DNA from: Lingula anatina
Taxonomy: Eukaryota > Animalia > Brachiopoda
Direction: 5' to 3'
Assembly (NCBI GenBank): GCA_051362555.1
Contig: CM120641.1
Coordinates: forward strand, 14,694,001-14,758,000
Length of the DNA stretch: 64,000 bases
A program made the position numbers and the translations under genes. Under the pieces are notes generated by a model. It saw only the letters and a program-made list of their open reading frames with translations, had not been told where the DNA came from and did not search any database. Every line of letters starts with the position of its first letter. Within the stretch, counting starts at the first letter, position 1. Of this stretch, positions 1 to 13,041 are shown in pieces.

Positions 1-724
1 TATCTTTATAATGTTTCACCAAACAGAAACTGACAATAAACTAGTCTGTGGTAGATTGGAAATAGAAGCATTTCTCCAAGGGAAACTGTGAAGATTATCG
101 ATCAGTTTGTGAATCTGTAATTAATGTTTACACTTGGTCTATAGTGTTCAAGTATGTACAAGAAGTGGTGTACAATATTGGATGAGTGTGTGAGCACCTA
201 TTGCAGTAGATGTGCTTCCTGAGAAATGCTGTTGCTTTTGTGCAAATACTTGATGTAATGATATTTGCTCTTGGTCTTAACTTTAGTTTCTTGTGTTCAT
301 AAACAATATTTTTCTGTGCTGACCAGCATTTTGGAAGTCTATTAATATGTTTTGTTCCTTAAAAGATGATTGTGTGGAGAACAACTTAAGGAAATAAAAC
401 CTGATATTTTGCCAGCTAGGTCTGCTCCATGTTTACTTTTCTTTGTATACAAGCTAAAGAAAGCAAAGAGAGCAAATTGTAGTTGCACAAAAGACCTGGC
501 CATTCACTGATATTGAATTGTATTGAATATTGAGAATAAATTAGGGCAGCCATAGAATTTACCCTAATAACAACTGTAGATTGTATGAAGTGTAGCGTCG
601 GTCTGCAGTAGCTTACTTCTAATAACTTCCATAGCGTCACCATCTTCAGGATCAAGAGTGATGTTTTGTGACACCTACTTTATAGTATCGATGGGTTTTG
701 ATAGGTCTCTTTAATTTCTGCAAA

Positions 725-3700
725 ATGTCTGGAACATATGGAGGATACTCCTCCTCAAGAAAATACACTGGGAGAGCTTCAAGCAGTACTGGTTATTCAT
801 CAAGTTCTTACTCTATGAGTTATTCCTCTTACTCTGGTATAGGAACATCATCTTCAACATCATCATTCTCTGGATTAGGGTCAGCAACTTCAAATTACTC
901 TGGAATTGGTTCAACTATTTCAAACTATTCCAGCCTTGGTATAGGAAGTTCTGGAGCTGGTAGTTCAAGCTACTCTTCTTCTGGTCAAGGGTCATTAGGA
1001 ACTTCAGAAAAAAGGAGTAGTTTTGAAAGAAGCCCTCGATCAGGCTATGGTTTAGACCAGAGGTATGCCAGCACACCTGTAGACTTTGGAGCATCAAGTT
1101 CAACAACACGATTAAGCTCTGGGTTGACTAGTGGAACAGGCTATGAGTCTCCAAGGGAACGTGATCCCACTCCAAGAGGATACAGCTCTGAAAGCTCTAC
1201 TAGAAGCTATGGTTCAGACAGGTATTCAAAGGGATATGATTCTGACACAAGATCTCCCAGGGGTTACAATACTAACCTTACCACGTCACCAAGAAGTGTT
1301 GTTTCAGACAAATCAAGAAGCCCTGAAGAGATTTCTAGTGCAACATACAGTTCACTTCAAACTGAAAGTTTAAACACAAATACCAAGACATATCAGTATG
1401 TGGAGAGGAAATCACTTACTAATGCCAGTGTTAGTCGCCATTCTGGTTTGGATACAAGTGGGATCTATGTCTCTGATCCTATTGACAGAGAAGGCAGAGT
1501 AAACTATGTTGTTGGGAGCACATATAGTTTGAACCAAAAAAATAGATCATCATCATCTTCAGAACAAATCCTGAAAAGTTTCAGCATCGAAAACGAAGAT
1601 AAGACTAAGACAACTGAGGTTACTGAAACTGTATCAAAGTCGAGTCTTGGTAATGCAGTGAATTATGAGAATTCAAGCACTGAAAAATCTGATTTAAAGA
1701 TTAGTCTGGATTTTAACAACACAGATGAAGGCTCTGATTTGGTGGACACTAGTATAAGTTATGATGCAGACAAGAGTGTTAGTTATGGGACAGATAAAAG
1801 TGAAGGTACAAATAGAGTGTTCAGATGGCTGTGGTAGCGTAATCTATTTTTTAATGTTCTTCACTTGATTATATTATGAGGATTAAAATGTGTTTGTGCT
1901 CATGCAGCATTTTGGATAAAAGTATATGTGTATTACTGATTTGTTAATAGACAAATCTGGTGGCATTTAGGGAACTAAGACTATTTTTTAGGTAGTCTAG
2001 CTGTGGCTAAATAATATATTTGGCATATATCTACACATCTTCCATGTTCCAGTTAGAGATGCATTTCTTTTTGAATTGACTTTTTTATTGAAGACCAGTT
2101 CCATGTACATATCTTTTGTGTCTTGTAACTTGTATGTTGTATCCTTATCCATGTCATTGTCAAATCTAGGTGATCTGGTTGACACTGAGAAAAGAGATGA
2201 CAGCGACAAGGACAGTGATGACACAGATGAACTCCTTAACAGCACTGTGGAATCCTTCTCAGAGCATGCTTGGGATCCATATCAGGTACAGCTTATACTG
2301 GGTTTAACACAAAATGTGACATAAGTGAGAGAGAGAGAGAAAGTGAATATTTGAAGCAGGACAGTGGTGTGTGAAAGGGGTGGGTGGAGTGTTTTATCAA
2401 GGAAGAATGGTTGATATGTGTGCTATGCAAGCTGGGTTATGTGGGTAATAAAGAAATCTCAAGTAGTAATAAACTTGAGTTCCCTAGATGAAGACCATAG
2501 ACTGAAGTATTTTTTTCAGTGGAAGATATATAAAATTGCTATTTTTAAATCCCATAATATTAACCTTGGTTTTCCCTTCCCTTGTTCCAGTTTGACACCA
2601 GTGGAGAGATTGAGGCTTTTGGCTTCCTAAGTGTATGTTTTATAACTCCTAATAGTGAAGCATTTTGGGTTTGCTATTTTGCCTAGTGTAACCTTTACAC
2701 CACCTTGTCTTGTATATTGAAATTCAGAATGATTATTATGCTACCTATGTTGCATTGAGTGACTGAATTATAGCTTGCCTGAATGTATTGTGATATTGAG
2801 ATATGCAGGTTATAGCACCAAGCATGCTGGTGGTGTAAGCAATATTTAATTTTCAATTTCCATGCATTGTTTTTATTTTAAAGCATTAAAATAGGTTTCA
2901 TTAAAAAAATTAAATTTATTCAGTTTCATTAGAGACACAATCTGTTGTAGATTGCCTATTTATGAACTGTATAATAGATTTGAAGGCCACTGTAGACCAT
3001 GTTTGTGCTCACACTTAATAATTTATATTTCAGATAGTTTTTTGTTGTGATTCAATCATGATTATACATTGATACTCCTTTTAGTAGGACAAATCTTTAG
3101 ATTAAACAATTTTTGCTGCATGCATACTTTTGTTGTGTTCATTACATTAAACAGGTATGATATTTATTGTCTTGCTTGGCCCATGGTGTAGTGGTCACTT
3201 CAGTATGTTCTAACCAACCTTGACCATTTTGTGCATGTGCAGGACCCACCTTACCAAGTAGTGACCAGTGATGACAATGAAGAGAAACTGGATGACAGTC
3301 ACCTTACTTGGGAAAATGAGGACAATTTTGAGTTTGACGATGACTACATCAAAGACAGTGGCATGTTCTCAGCAGAGTTCTTGTCTGCAATGCAGCCCAA
3401 GCAATCTACTGTTGATAGTGCCCTTGATGGCATGGCTACTTCTGCTGCTGTAAGTGGTTTTATGTTTGCTTTTGCATGTTTCATTTTGTTTGTCTCGATC
3501 CCAACTGTTACTTTCATTGGCATGATCTGACAGTATATAGCATGTGTTATTTTGGTTGAAGAAAAGTATTCTTTAAGTACAGGGCTTGCAATTACATTTT
3601 TAGAAAGCCTAATTAGCTTGCTATACCCAGGATAATAGCCTGTGTCTACTTATAATTATTATATTAAACTTTTCAGATTTATCCTTTGTATTTTGTTTGC

Positions 3701-6700
3701 AATAAATGCATTTTCATCTTGCATTTTGCAGTATAAACTTTGGGCATTTTCTTTTATGTCTTGTAAATGTTATTTTTTATGCTAATTAATATTGAAATGC
3801 CTTTCAAGACTGACATGAAGATTTGTATTTTATACACCTTTTGTTATACAGACCTAAAACAGTTTATTTTCTCCCCTCTGTCTTAATTAGCCATGCTTAC
3901 AGATATATTTAACCATTTTCTAGAGCAATGGTTATCCATCTCCGAGTGGATATTCTGGAGATAGTTCTAGAGTGGACGATTCTGACTCAGACATGGAGGA
4001 TTTTCAGCATGTCATCAATGAGTCAGCGAAACAGATTCAGGTGACAGAAACGTCACTAAAGAAACAAAGGCGAGATGCCATGGACACTGGCCTCTGTATG
4101 GATCCCTCAAAATATGTAAGCTGCCTGCATGAAAATGATTTTGTTTGACTCAAAAATGTACATTTTTGTTTCTGTTTTCTTTTTTTTTTTTTTTCAACAA
4201 TTTATAGTTGATTTGGATTATATTACAAGCAGTGCAAATGTTTTTAAAGACAGTGCTCAAAATGTCTTAAATGCAAGGTTTGCCAATATCTTCAAATCTT
4301 TTACAAAAACAAGCATGTATTTGTGTGAAGTCATAAGTTGTGCTACATTTTTTTCCAGGCTGAGCTTGTTGCAACTTGTGAAACAAACTTGCGCTGTCTC
4401 CAGGTGATTATAGAACATTTGAATGCTGGAAAAAGTCTCGTTGGGCTAACTGAAGAAGATGTAAACAGAGTACATGGTATGTTTAATATGACATTTAATT
4501 GTCAAATTCAGTCAAAGAATGCGCTATTCTTTATGAACTGTTTGTAAAATGCATTAATGACTAAATGTTACATGATTTTTGGTTATTGCATGAGAAAAAT
4601 CATGGCACTTGTATCAGATGTGTTGAAATACATAGTCATTATCATTACGTCTTTGAAACAATTTTCAGTAGTTTGGGTTATTGTCATAAAAGTCTAGCAT
4701 GATGGCACACAAAGTAAAAGTTAAGTCAAAATGTCACTGATGTTTTAAAAATTGTTACGTGAGATAAAATGACGTTCACAGGAAGCATTTTGTTACAGTA
4801 TGACTGAGCATGCTAAAATAAATTTATTACTTATTCAGAGATCATGACCTGTTGGAAGGACCTGCATAATCTTGCCGTGGACAAACAGTCCAAGTCACGC
4901 CAGCTGTCTGCCATTCATCATGAGATGCAGATGGTCCACAAGTACTTAAGAGACCTAGAAAATGGTCTTGAACAGAGCAACTTTGATGACATAAAAGCTG
5001 TAGAGGAAAGGATTAAGTACTTACAGGTAAATAGATGTAGACCAAGAACTTGGAAGAACATAAATGTTGATTAAGTAAATGTCGATTAAAGTTTTTTAAA
5101 AATGTTTATGCCAGGATGTAGCTGATATCATGATTTAAAGACATTGAAGATTTTAAGACATCTTTTTCTGAGGCTTTGGTTACTTACATGAGTGGAATTG
5201 TCTCTGTATAATAACAATATTATAAATTGAATTTTAGTACGGTATCATCAACTATAATTTAGATTAATAATATATTTAGGAGGCCAAACTGAGCATATCT
5301 GAACAGAAGTCAACTCTTACAAGTGTAGACATGAGGGTGTCAGAGTTTGCGGAACAGAATACTGATATTAACATGCTAAGATTCAAAAAGGAATGTACTG
5401 CTATGTGTAGCAGATTTAAAGACATAGAAACAAGGTTAGTATAACTGTATTTATTCACTTTTGTCCAGTTTTATCTGAAAACTTAAAACAAATCAAATTA
5501 TATAAGTAAAATTAGCATCAATTAGTAAATAGATAAAGATATATTTATCTGTGATGTTATGCTTACATTATTTGGGAATTGCCAAATTAAACATTTAAAA
5601 TTGATCCAATGAATTTGTGCATGATTTGCCTTTACTAATTTCATTCTATTTTTCAGAACTCTTACTAGAACAGCAGAACTTCAGAATCTTCTTCTTGCCT
5701 GGTATGACTACTCAGAGACAAGTAAGGAACTAGACTATCTGCTGAGTCAGCAAAGGCAGCATATTCAGCTCATGCAGGCAGGGCAGCAGATCCTTGTGAT
5801 GAACAAACAGGAGAAAGCAGAAGCTGCTATTGATCTCAAGGTATTCAAATAGTCATGTAAAAAAAATGAGATTCCTCAATTTTTGTAGTCATGGATAAGA
5901 ATTGTTGATCTGACACTACAGGTAAAGTTTGAGCTAGGGTAAAGTTTGGATAAAATAATACCTTGGTTTGACTTGTCTGTTCCCTTTTATATTTTGCTCA
6001 TATGTTGCATTGAAAAATGTTTCTTAAATTAATCATGCCTGTATCACTAATTTAAGACACTTTGTTTCCAGAACATGCTTATCGAGTTGGATGGATATGA
6101 AGCCAAGATGGCATCCATACGTCAACTCTCCTCACAGCTTCTCCTGCTGTGCAGTACTGACACACAGACAGACATTCGTGCCAGTGTGGGGACTCTTAGC
6201 AACCAGCTGGATGCACTCAAGCATGACTGCAAGAGAATGGTTGCCAGTTTACAAGCCAGTGAGACCACTGTGGACAGAATTGAAGAAAACATGGAAATTT
6301 CTCCTGAAGCAGAGGTCTTTGTTGTTGGTGCGGAAGGCCTTGAAGCAGTTGGGGCTTCTGATGATGTTGGGTTAAGGCAGAGAAAAATGGAAGTCGACTC
6401 TGAGATTGAATCTGCAGTTGCTGCAGATGTTCCTATGGAAACTGAAGAGGTTGTCAGAGAAAGTATACCAGTTGCCAGTGCAACGGTGGCAGCAGAGAGG
6501 TAAATAGGACATTATGTTGGAGTTATGGTACATTTTCACAAGATTTGCTGAGGAAAAAAATGATTTGCTACATTTGCTATATATACACATTGCTCTCTTA
6601 CATAAATGTTGGCTAACCCTACCATTTTTTTCTCCTCAAATGTAAATGTCTTTTTTATCACATTATTTAGGTTGATGTTTTTTTATATAAGTAACTTCAA

Positions 6701-6925
6701 TTTTCTTTTTCTTGCAGCAGCAAAGTCCGTCCTGTGAGTAGGTGGATTGGGAGACTAGCATTTTGCCGACGCATACTGAAGGTAGCAATCCCTCTACAAA
6801 TATTGCTGATCTTGTTATTTGGATTGGCCATGTTGCTGGAGCCAGATTGTTGTGAATATTTTAACAACTTCCGCCTGACCTTTGCCCCACAGTTACGCTA
6901 TGTGAGAGGCCCACCACCTATATAA
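725..6925 (+). CDS. KASH-domain outer nuclear membrane protein, klarsicht/nesprin-like (10 coding exons; upstream exons may lie outside the window)
   Basis: Phase-consistent GT-AG exons: 725-1805 (Ser/Gly/Tyr-rich), 2170-2285, 3243-3449, 3924-4115, 4359-4476, 4839-5026, 5280-5434, 5657-5840, 6072-6499, 6718/6721-6925. The C-terminus is a transmembrane helix followed by EPDCCEYFNNFRLTFAPQLRYVRGPPPI*, a canonical KASH peptide ending PPPX. Spectrin-like helical exons are present. FSEHAWDPYQ and ELVATCETNLRCL resemble klarsicht motifs as I recall them. Confidence 0.9.
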
Positions 6926-7635
6926 AGACAAGATAAATGTTAACATGAAAGGTCTTTGTATGTACCAAAAATAGATTGAGGAATTTGTAACCTCAAAGGT
7001 CAGATGGAAGAGTGCTGCTCTCTATCTGTATAGTAATTCAGAAAATTGCTGCTCCCTCTCTATGGTTTCAACCTGGAAAGAGCTGTCACAGTTAAATGAG
7101 CCCTCTTAAAAGAGCTGCTGCTATCTGTTTGGAGGAACTGAAACATATACCAGAGACACTTTGTCGATCTAAAGTTGTTGCCCATAGGTAGAGGGACATG
7201 AAGTGCATTGATGTATATATGGTGACATTTTGTACAAAGAAGTTTTGCATTCAAAGGACTAGAAAAGATGGTTCTTTTGTTCATATGGTTACTTCTTGTG
7301 CAAAGAAAGGCATGTCAGAAAAATGTTGGTAAGATAACTCTAAGATATTGATGCAGTTGTACCATTTAAGCTTTTGCTTTTGCGAGATGTTTTATCTAAA
7401 TGTTCACCATGAACAGTGGGCATATTATTAAGCAATTTTCTTTTGCATACCTTGCATGCAAATAAAAAAGATATTCATTTTAAAGAAAGTTTTAATTTCA
7501 AATAGGCAGCTGAAATATTTTAACTATCATAACATATTTTTGCAACAGTGAACAGAAAAGATAGTAGATATTAATTATGTCTTAAGATCATCTCCTGAAA
7601 AGGTGTCATGAGGATATGCCATCATGGCCTTTTAA

Positions 7636-7972
7636 AGGCATAATAACTCTTTGTATGAGACCTATATTTCACAATAAAAACCTTGTGAATAACTAATAGA
7701 AATATAATATATTCTGTTTTACCACAAAAACAGCAGTTATAGCTTTTATTCTGATATTTGAACTTGTCTTTAGACCACGCGACCTCCATTGATGTCTATA
7801 CGTTGTTAAAATCTCTTAAGAGATTTTAACAAAAAACCAAACTTTTTAGAAAAAAACCAGGGACTTACTTTGAATGTAAAAATGGATTCATTAAACATTG
7901 GTAAGTATGGGAAAATTGTTGTTTACTCCAGGAAAATTCATTTTTTGGCCGGAACGAAGAGTTATTATTGCT
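7636..7972. mobile_element. Kolobok-like MITE
   Basis: TTAA|AGGCATAATAACTCTTTGT ... ACGAAGAGTTATTATTGCT|TTAA: imperfect TIRs, TTAA flanks at 7632-7635 and 7973-7976, AG..CT termini. Confidence 0.65.
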
Positions 7973-9236
7973 TTAAGGTAAGAAATTACATTTGACTTTA
8001 AGAATTATATTTTGCAAATTATGAAATTGTAAATTTAGTTTGTTTTAGCCCCAAATACTTATTATGGTTAATGGTCTTTCTGGTATTTTATCATTTATCC
8101 ATACTTATCATGCATGACACTTTTTACAGTAATAGTGAAAATTTACCCTCAATTATGTATAAAGACATAGAAATGCATGTTTATATCAAATTTATATCAA
8201 AGAATTGGAATGAATCTATTTTTAATAATAAAGTATTTATGATTACTATTATTTCATCAGCTATGTACATATAGGTGTATATGCTGCTGTGGTTTAAAGA
8301 TATTACTGTCCAAAAGTACTCATGAAATTAATCCAGAAAGGCCTTGGCCTTTAAAGGCATTTGAAATAATTTTTAACTGTCTAGGAAATTATCTCTTTCA
8401 ATAGCAAGTTTTAACTTCTTATTAAAATAAAGATATTTGGTTTAGGAAATTTGGGGAATATTTTATGAAATGTTTTGTTACAGGATATTGTAACTAGCTC
8501 AGTTTTTTAGCATTAAAATCATCAGATGTTCTGGGAAACCTAGAGGCTGTTAAAATTGTGATGTTTGCAGTTTTACCTTATTGTAAAAGTTAACAACTTT
8601 TGAGACATTTGTTTGAATACTCACTGACCAGTCATAGTGAACACATGATGGTGCCATTTAACTCAGGGTTATTTATACCCTCTTGCTCTATACTTACCAT
8701 ATATTATTTATCAGATGTGATCTAACCCATGTAAGAGCCATAATAATTCTATATTGACCAGATATATTCATTGGCCCGAGTACAGTGACACGGCTGTTTA
8801 TATTTACATTTGGCTATGGTATATAGCAGTCTTCTCTATTGTTTAGGAATGAAACTGAATTTGTGTTTTTTTTTTGTTTTTTTTTTTATTGTAAATTGAT
8901 TGAAACCTGGGTGAATGATGAATATTTTGTACTTGCAGCTTCTTAAATTATTACTTCGCAATGAGAGAAAGCGAAATTGTATTCATATTCATGCTGTATG
9001 CTGTACATACGTGTTATTGTGGTAAAATTAAAAAAAAAAATTAAAAACAATAAAGACTTGTACAGACTAAACATTTGTTGGTGTTATCATATTTATCTAT
9101 GCTGTATTCAGGAAAGTATGAGTTCTGCTGCACAAGCATTCAGTGTTTTCAATTTTTCACTACTTGAACCGATAGATTTTGCTGTATCAGAGGGGTGGTA
9201 CGTATGCAGGGGTTTCTTCTCTCAACTTCCTGTTTA

Positions 9237-9448
9237 TACCCCCTTTACACTGGACGGCTTCCTTTCTGCGACCATGAAATTTGGCATCGCTGTGGTCTTA
9301 ATAAGGAGGCACGAGCATTGATTTGGTATCAGAATGAATGCTCAATGATCGGCCAGTTGTCGGCACGTAAAGCATTATAATTTTTTAACTCTCAAATGGG
9401 GCCGAACTGCTGGACGCAGAAGGGACGCCGTCCAGTGTAAAGGGGGCT
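9237..9448. mobile_element. PIF/Harbinger (Tourist-like) MITE
   Basis: TIRs CCCCCTTTACACTGGACGGC / GCCGTCCAGTGTAAAGGGGG; TTA flanks at 9234-9236 and 9449-9451. Confidence 0.7.
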
Positions 9449-9674
9449 TTACTTGTTACATGACACTAAGGCAATGTTAATTTTCCCAGAGACCAACTAC
9501 TGACTGACTTATCTCTTCATATATTTATACCTAGCAGTGATCTGGAATCTCCTCATTAAGACATATAAGGCAATTCAGCTATTGATGTGGCCTGTCAAAC
9601 TTACAAACTACAGTATTCTTCATATGCACTTTACAGAAGATGAAGCAGATAAAATTATTTTTTATAAAGTAAGG

Positions 9675-9921
9675 GACCATTCCCACAGATATTTGGATCG
9701 ATCTAACTCCCTGGGGAGTCTCACTAAATTGCTGTCAACTAACCAGCTTAAATGTCTGTCACGCCTACTTAATCAGCTAGGAGACAAAGATAATTACCCC
9801 CTTACAGCTTTACTAGGTGTGACAGACATTTTAAGCCGGTCAAGTTGACAGCAATTTAGTGAGACTCCCCAGGGAGTTAGATCGATCCAGATGGATCGAT
9901 CTAGGCATGGAACCCAGTCTA
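9675..9921. mobile_element. Fold-back MITE, 'GATCGATC' family, copy 1
   Basis: Inverted repeat of ~80 bp: GGATCGATCTAACTCCCTGGGGAGTCTCACTAAATTGCTGTCAACT (~9693) versus AGTTGACAGCAATTTAGTGAGACTCCCCAGGGAGTTAGATCGATCC (~9843-9888). Related copies occur elsewhere in the window. Confidence 0.8.
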
Positions 9922-9965
9922 CGTGAAACAGATGGCATTTAAGATATACTTTTGCTAGAGACCTT

Positions 9966-10108
9966 AAAGACTGGGTTTCCATACCTAGATCGATCTAACA
10001 GGATCAATCCATCTACAAGGGATTTCTCGCTAAATTGCTTTCAGTTTAAGCGCCTTAGACGTCTGGCACGCCTACTGAAGCTGCTAAACGATAATTAATT
10101 ACCCCCTA
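9966..10108. mobile_element. Partial second copy of the 'GATCGATC' MITE
   Basis: Starts AGACTGGGTTTCCATACCTAGATCGATC, approximately the reverse complement of the right end of copy 1. It continues with ctaaattgct..cacgcctact..taattacccc, matching the left arm. Confidence 0.65.
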
Positions 10109-10413
10109 GAGGAGGGTCGGACCCCCTTTCAAAAAATCCTGGATCCGCTCCTGAAAATAGACAGTCCAAGAAAAGAACTTGCATGTCGATTATTTTTTTA
10201 GATTAATGATTGAGAATTAAACTGTAAAAAATCAAAACGGCTCTTATGATAACACCTTGTTAGTTACGTGAAAGAAGCTTGCGTGTGCAATTTGCTCTGA
10301 AGGTAGAAGAATATCCCAAGATAAGCTTGTGCTGTATCGGTGGCTATCACATTTCACACATCGCACGTTGTTTCCGTAAAAAATTAGTGATTTGATCTTT
10401 CCAACTCATTTCC

Positions 10414-12453
10414 ATGGCAAGACCAGCAGAATTAGGCTTTGTAGAAAAGGTCAGTGACTGGAAATTATTAAGCCACTTCTTCCCTAGTAAAGTTGGCGGA
10501 AAGCCGGCTTGGTTGAATCTTAATCCGATACCAAAACCAGAAGATATTTCTTGTGTAAACTGTAAAAATGTTTGCACATTTTTTTTACAAGTGTACGCTC
10601 CGAACTCTTCAAAGAATTCATGTTTTCACAGAACGCTGTTTGTTTTTGTTTGTCGTAATCCCGATTGCTGCAGAATCAATTCTAATAGTGGCTTTATAGT
10701 AATGAGATCTCAGTTGCCTAAAATGAACAGTTTCTACAGTGACGAACCCCCAGATGAGGACCATTTTGACGAAAAAGCAGATTATCCACGTGCCAGTAAA
10801 TACCAAACGTTGTGTTCGGTTTGTAACTGCTCTGCCTCAAAATTCTGTGCCAGATGCCACAGTCAGGCATACTGTTCAAAGGAGCACCAAGTTGTGGACT
10901 GGAAGAATGGACACAAACTCTACTGTGGAAAAGGTAATTCATGGAAGTGTTGGGAAAAAACATGTCAAATATATAGTAATTACATCTTCATGTTTTCAGC
11001 CACCTTACATGTTCGGACGTGATCTAGATTCATTGCAAAACTGAATATGTGTTCAATTGCTAAATAAAAAGAATGTGGTAAATGAAATCTGACCGTCAGG
11101 TACGTTAACATTCTTCAGAGAAAACTTGAAAGATACATGTATATTCTTCAGAATATTGTTTGGAAGTTTAGAATGCTTAATTTAGAATGATTACAGACTG
11201 AATGATTTTCTTGATATGATACATCTATAAGTTAGTTTTATTTCTCAGATATGCCAGAAAAAGAAAAACAGACTGCACCCTCTAAAGTATGTTTCCCAGA
11301 GTTTGAACTGCTCATAGAATCAGAAGAATTCTCAGACAGTGACAAGGAGGACGAAAAATCTGAAGAGGCAAAATTAGAGGAATACAGACATTATATGGAA
11401 AGCAACCAAGAGGCAATGTCTCATTATGATAGCAAAAGTGCTGCTAAGGATTTGGAAAAAATGGCAGGACAGGAGAGTGAAGATTACAAACAGTTCATGA
11501 AGTTCAAGATGAGAATTCAGCAGGAGCCAGACCAGGTACTACATTTGACTCTGTGGCACACCAAACACATTTAAACTCAATCCATTGTTAAATTGAGATA
11601 GTCGGGTCATGAATATAAAATGTATTCATCTACGTAACCTTAGTTTGATTATGTATCTTAGCTCTGGTAAACAGGAAGTAGGGTGAGATAACATGTATCA
11701 TCTTAATAATACTGTACTTTTCTTACACTTAGATCAATGTCCAGTCAAAGTCCTTCATGTGGCATCACATCCTTACAAATTAACACTTCCCTAATTTTGA
11801 TTAACTAAGCCCCAACAGTTTGTGATTTGTCAAGTGTTATTATAGAAACACAATGTTTTGCATCATTGTAATGGCTGATAGGGTAAAGGAAGTCCAGAAA
11901 GATTTAGAAGACAGTTGAACATATAATTAAGACAATATCTTGCCTGTAAAATGTCTTATGTAGACTTGCTGAATTACACATCACTGTTTACTGGAAGTCT
12001 CAATTTTTCAGGTGCTGCGCTATGATAGAGGAGGGTCACCTCTTTGGGTGTCAGTTCACAATGTACCAGAACCCAGTGATATCCCTAATTGCAGCTGTGG
12101 AAAACCAAGGCAGTTCGAATTTCAGGTAGGATAGGACTTACAATGATACCTTTGGTTTACTAAGAAATCATGCTGTGTATGAAGTACCTTTGATTCAAAT
12201 TTTTTAATGTGTGGGCTTCCATCTAGTTTGGCTGTCTGTAGAAAAATGTACACTCACTTGAGAAAGCTAGTCAACTTTTATTTTCTAGATCCTGCCCCAG
12301 TTGCTGAACCACCTTGGAGCAGACACTGTGGACAGTAGCTTGGATTGGGGAACTCTGGCCGTTTACACATGTTCCGACAGTTGTGACTCTGAACTGGCTT
12401 ATAAACCCGAATTTCTATGGAAGCAAGACTTTGTGGAAGATCAAAGCACCTAA
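10414..12453 (+). CDS. PDCD2: Programmed cell death protein 2 (zf-MYND + PDCD2_C), 4 exons
   Basis: Exons 10414-10933, 11249-11535, 12012-12125, 12289-12453. Motifs: FFPSKVGGKPAWL, FFLQVYAP, FHRTLFVFVC, MYND finger (CSVC...CARC...YCSKEHQVVDWKNGHKLYC), EPDQVLRY, RQFEFQILPQLL, LDWGTLAVYTC..SC, EFLWKQD. Confidence 0.96.
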
Positions 12454-13041
12454 ATTATGTTATCAGCCATTCATATCAAGTTATTTACTGAAACTAAAAC
12501 TGTGGTCTTATTTTAATCCAAACTTTCATTTGAAGCAAGTCTGCAAACCATATTAGTTACATGTTGTCAGCAATTCTCTTCGATTTGTTTCTCTTGGGTG
12601 GAACAAAAAATAAAAAAGGAGGAAAACCCTCTTCTTCCCCAAGAATTTTCCCATTCTTGATCCTTTCATGCAAAACCCAGCAGCTTTTTAAAGCCACAAG
12701 AAGGAAGAAATCAACCAAAATAAAGGATCCCGTCCCTGGATTATATAGTTGTGCTGTTTCAAACTCAGAAATGCTGAAATGCTCAACTGTAACTTTATCA
12801 ATGTTGTGACTTGAAAAAGAAGGCATGGATGACTGTGGGAACAAGACAAACATTGTTGAAATTGCTGTTTAAGTTCAGGCTAGTTAATATATCTTAAAAC
12901 CCTTACTAGTCAAAGATCATAACTACATTGCAAATTCTAATATTTATTTACAGTAAATATAATTCTGTATTTTTAAAGATTTCTGTTATAGGCCATCATG
13001 TGAATAATATGTCAACTGAATATTGACATAAAATTTCTTTT

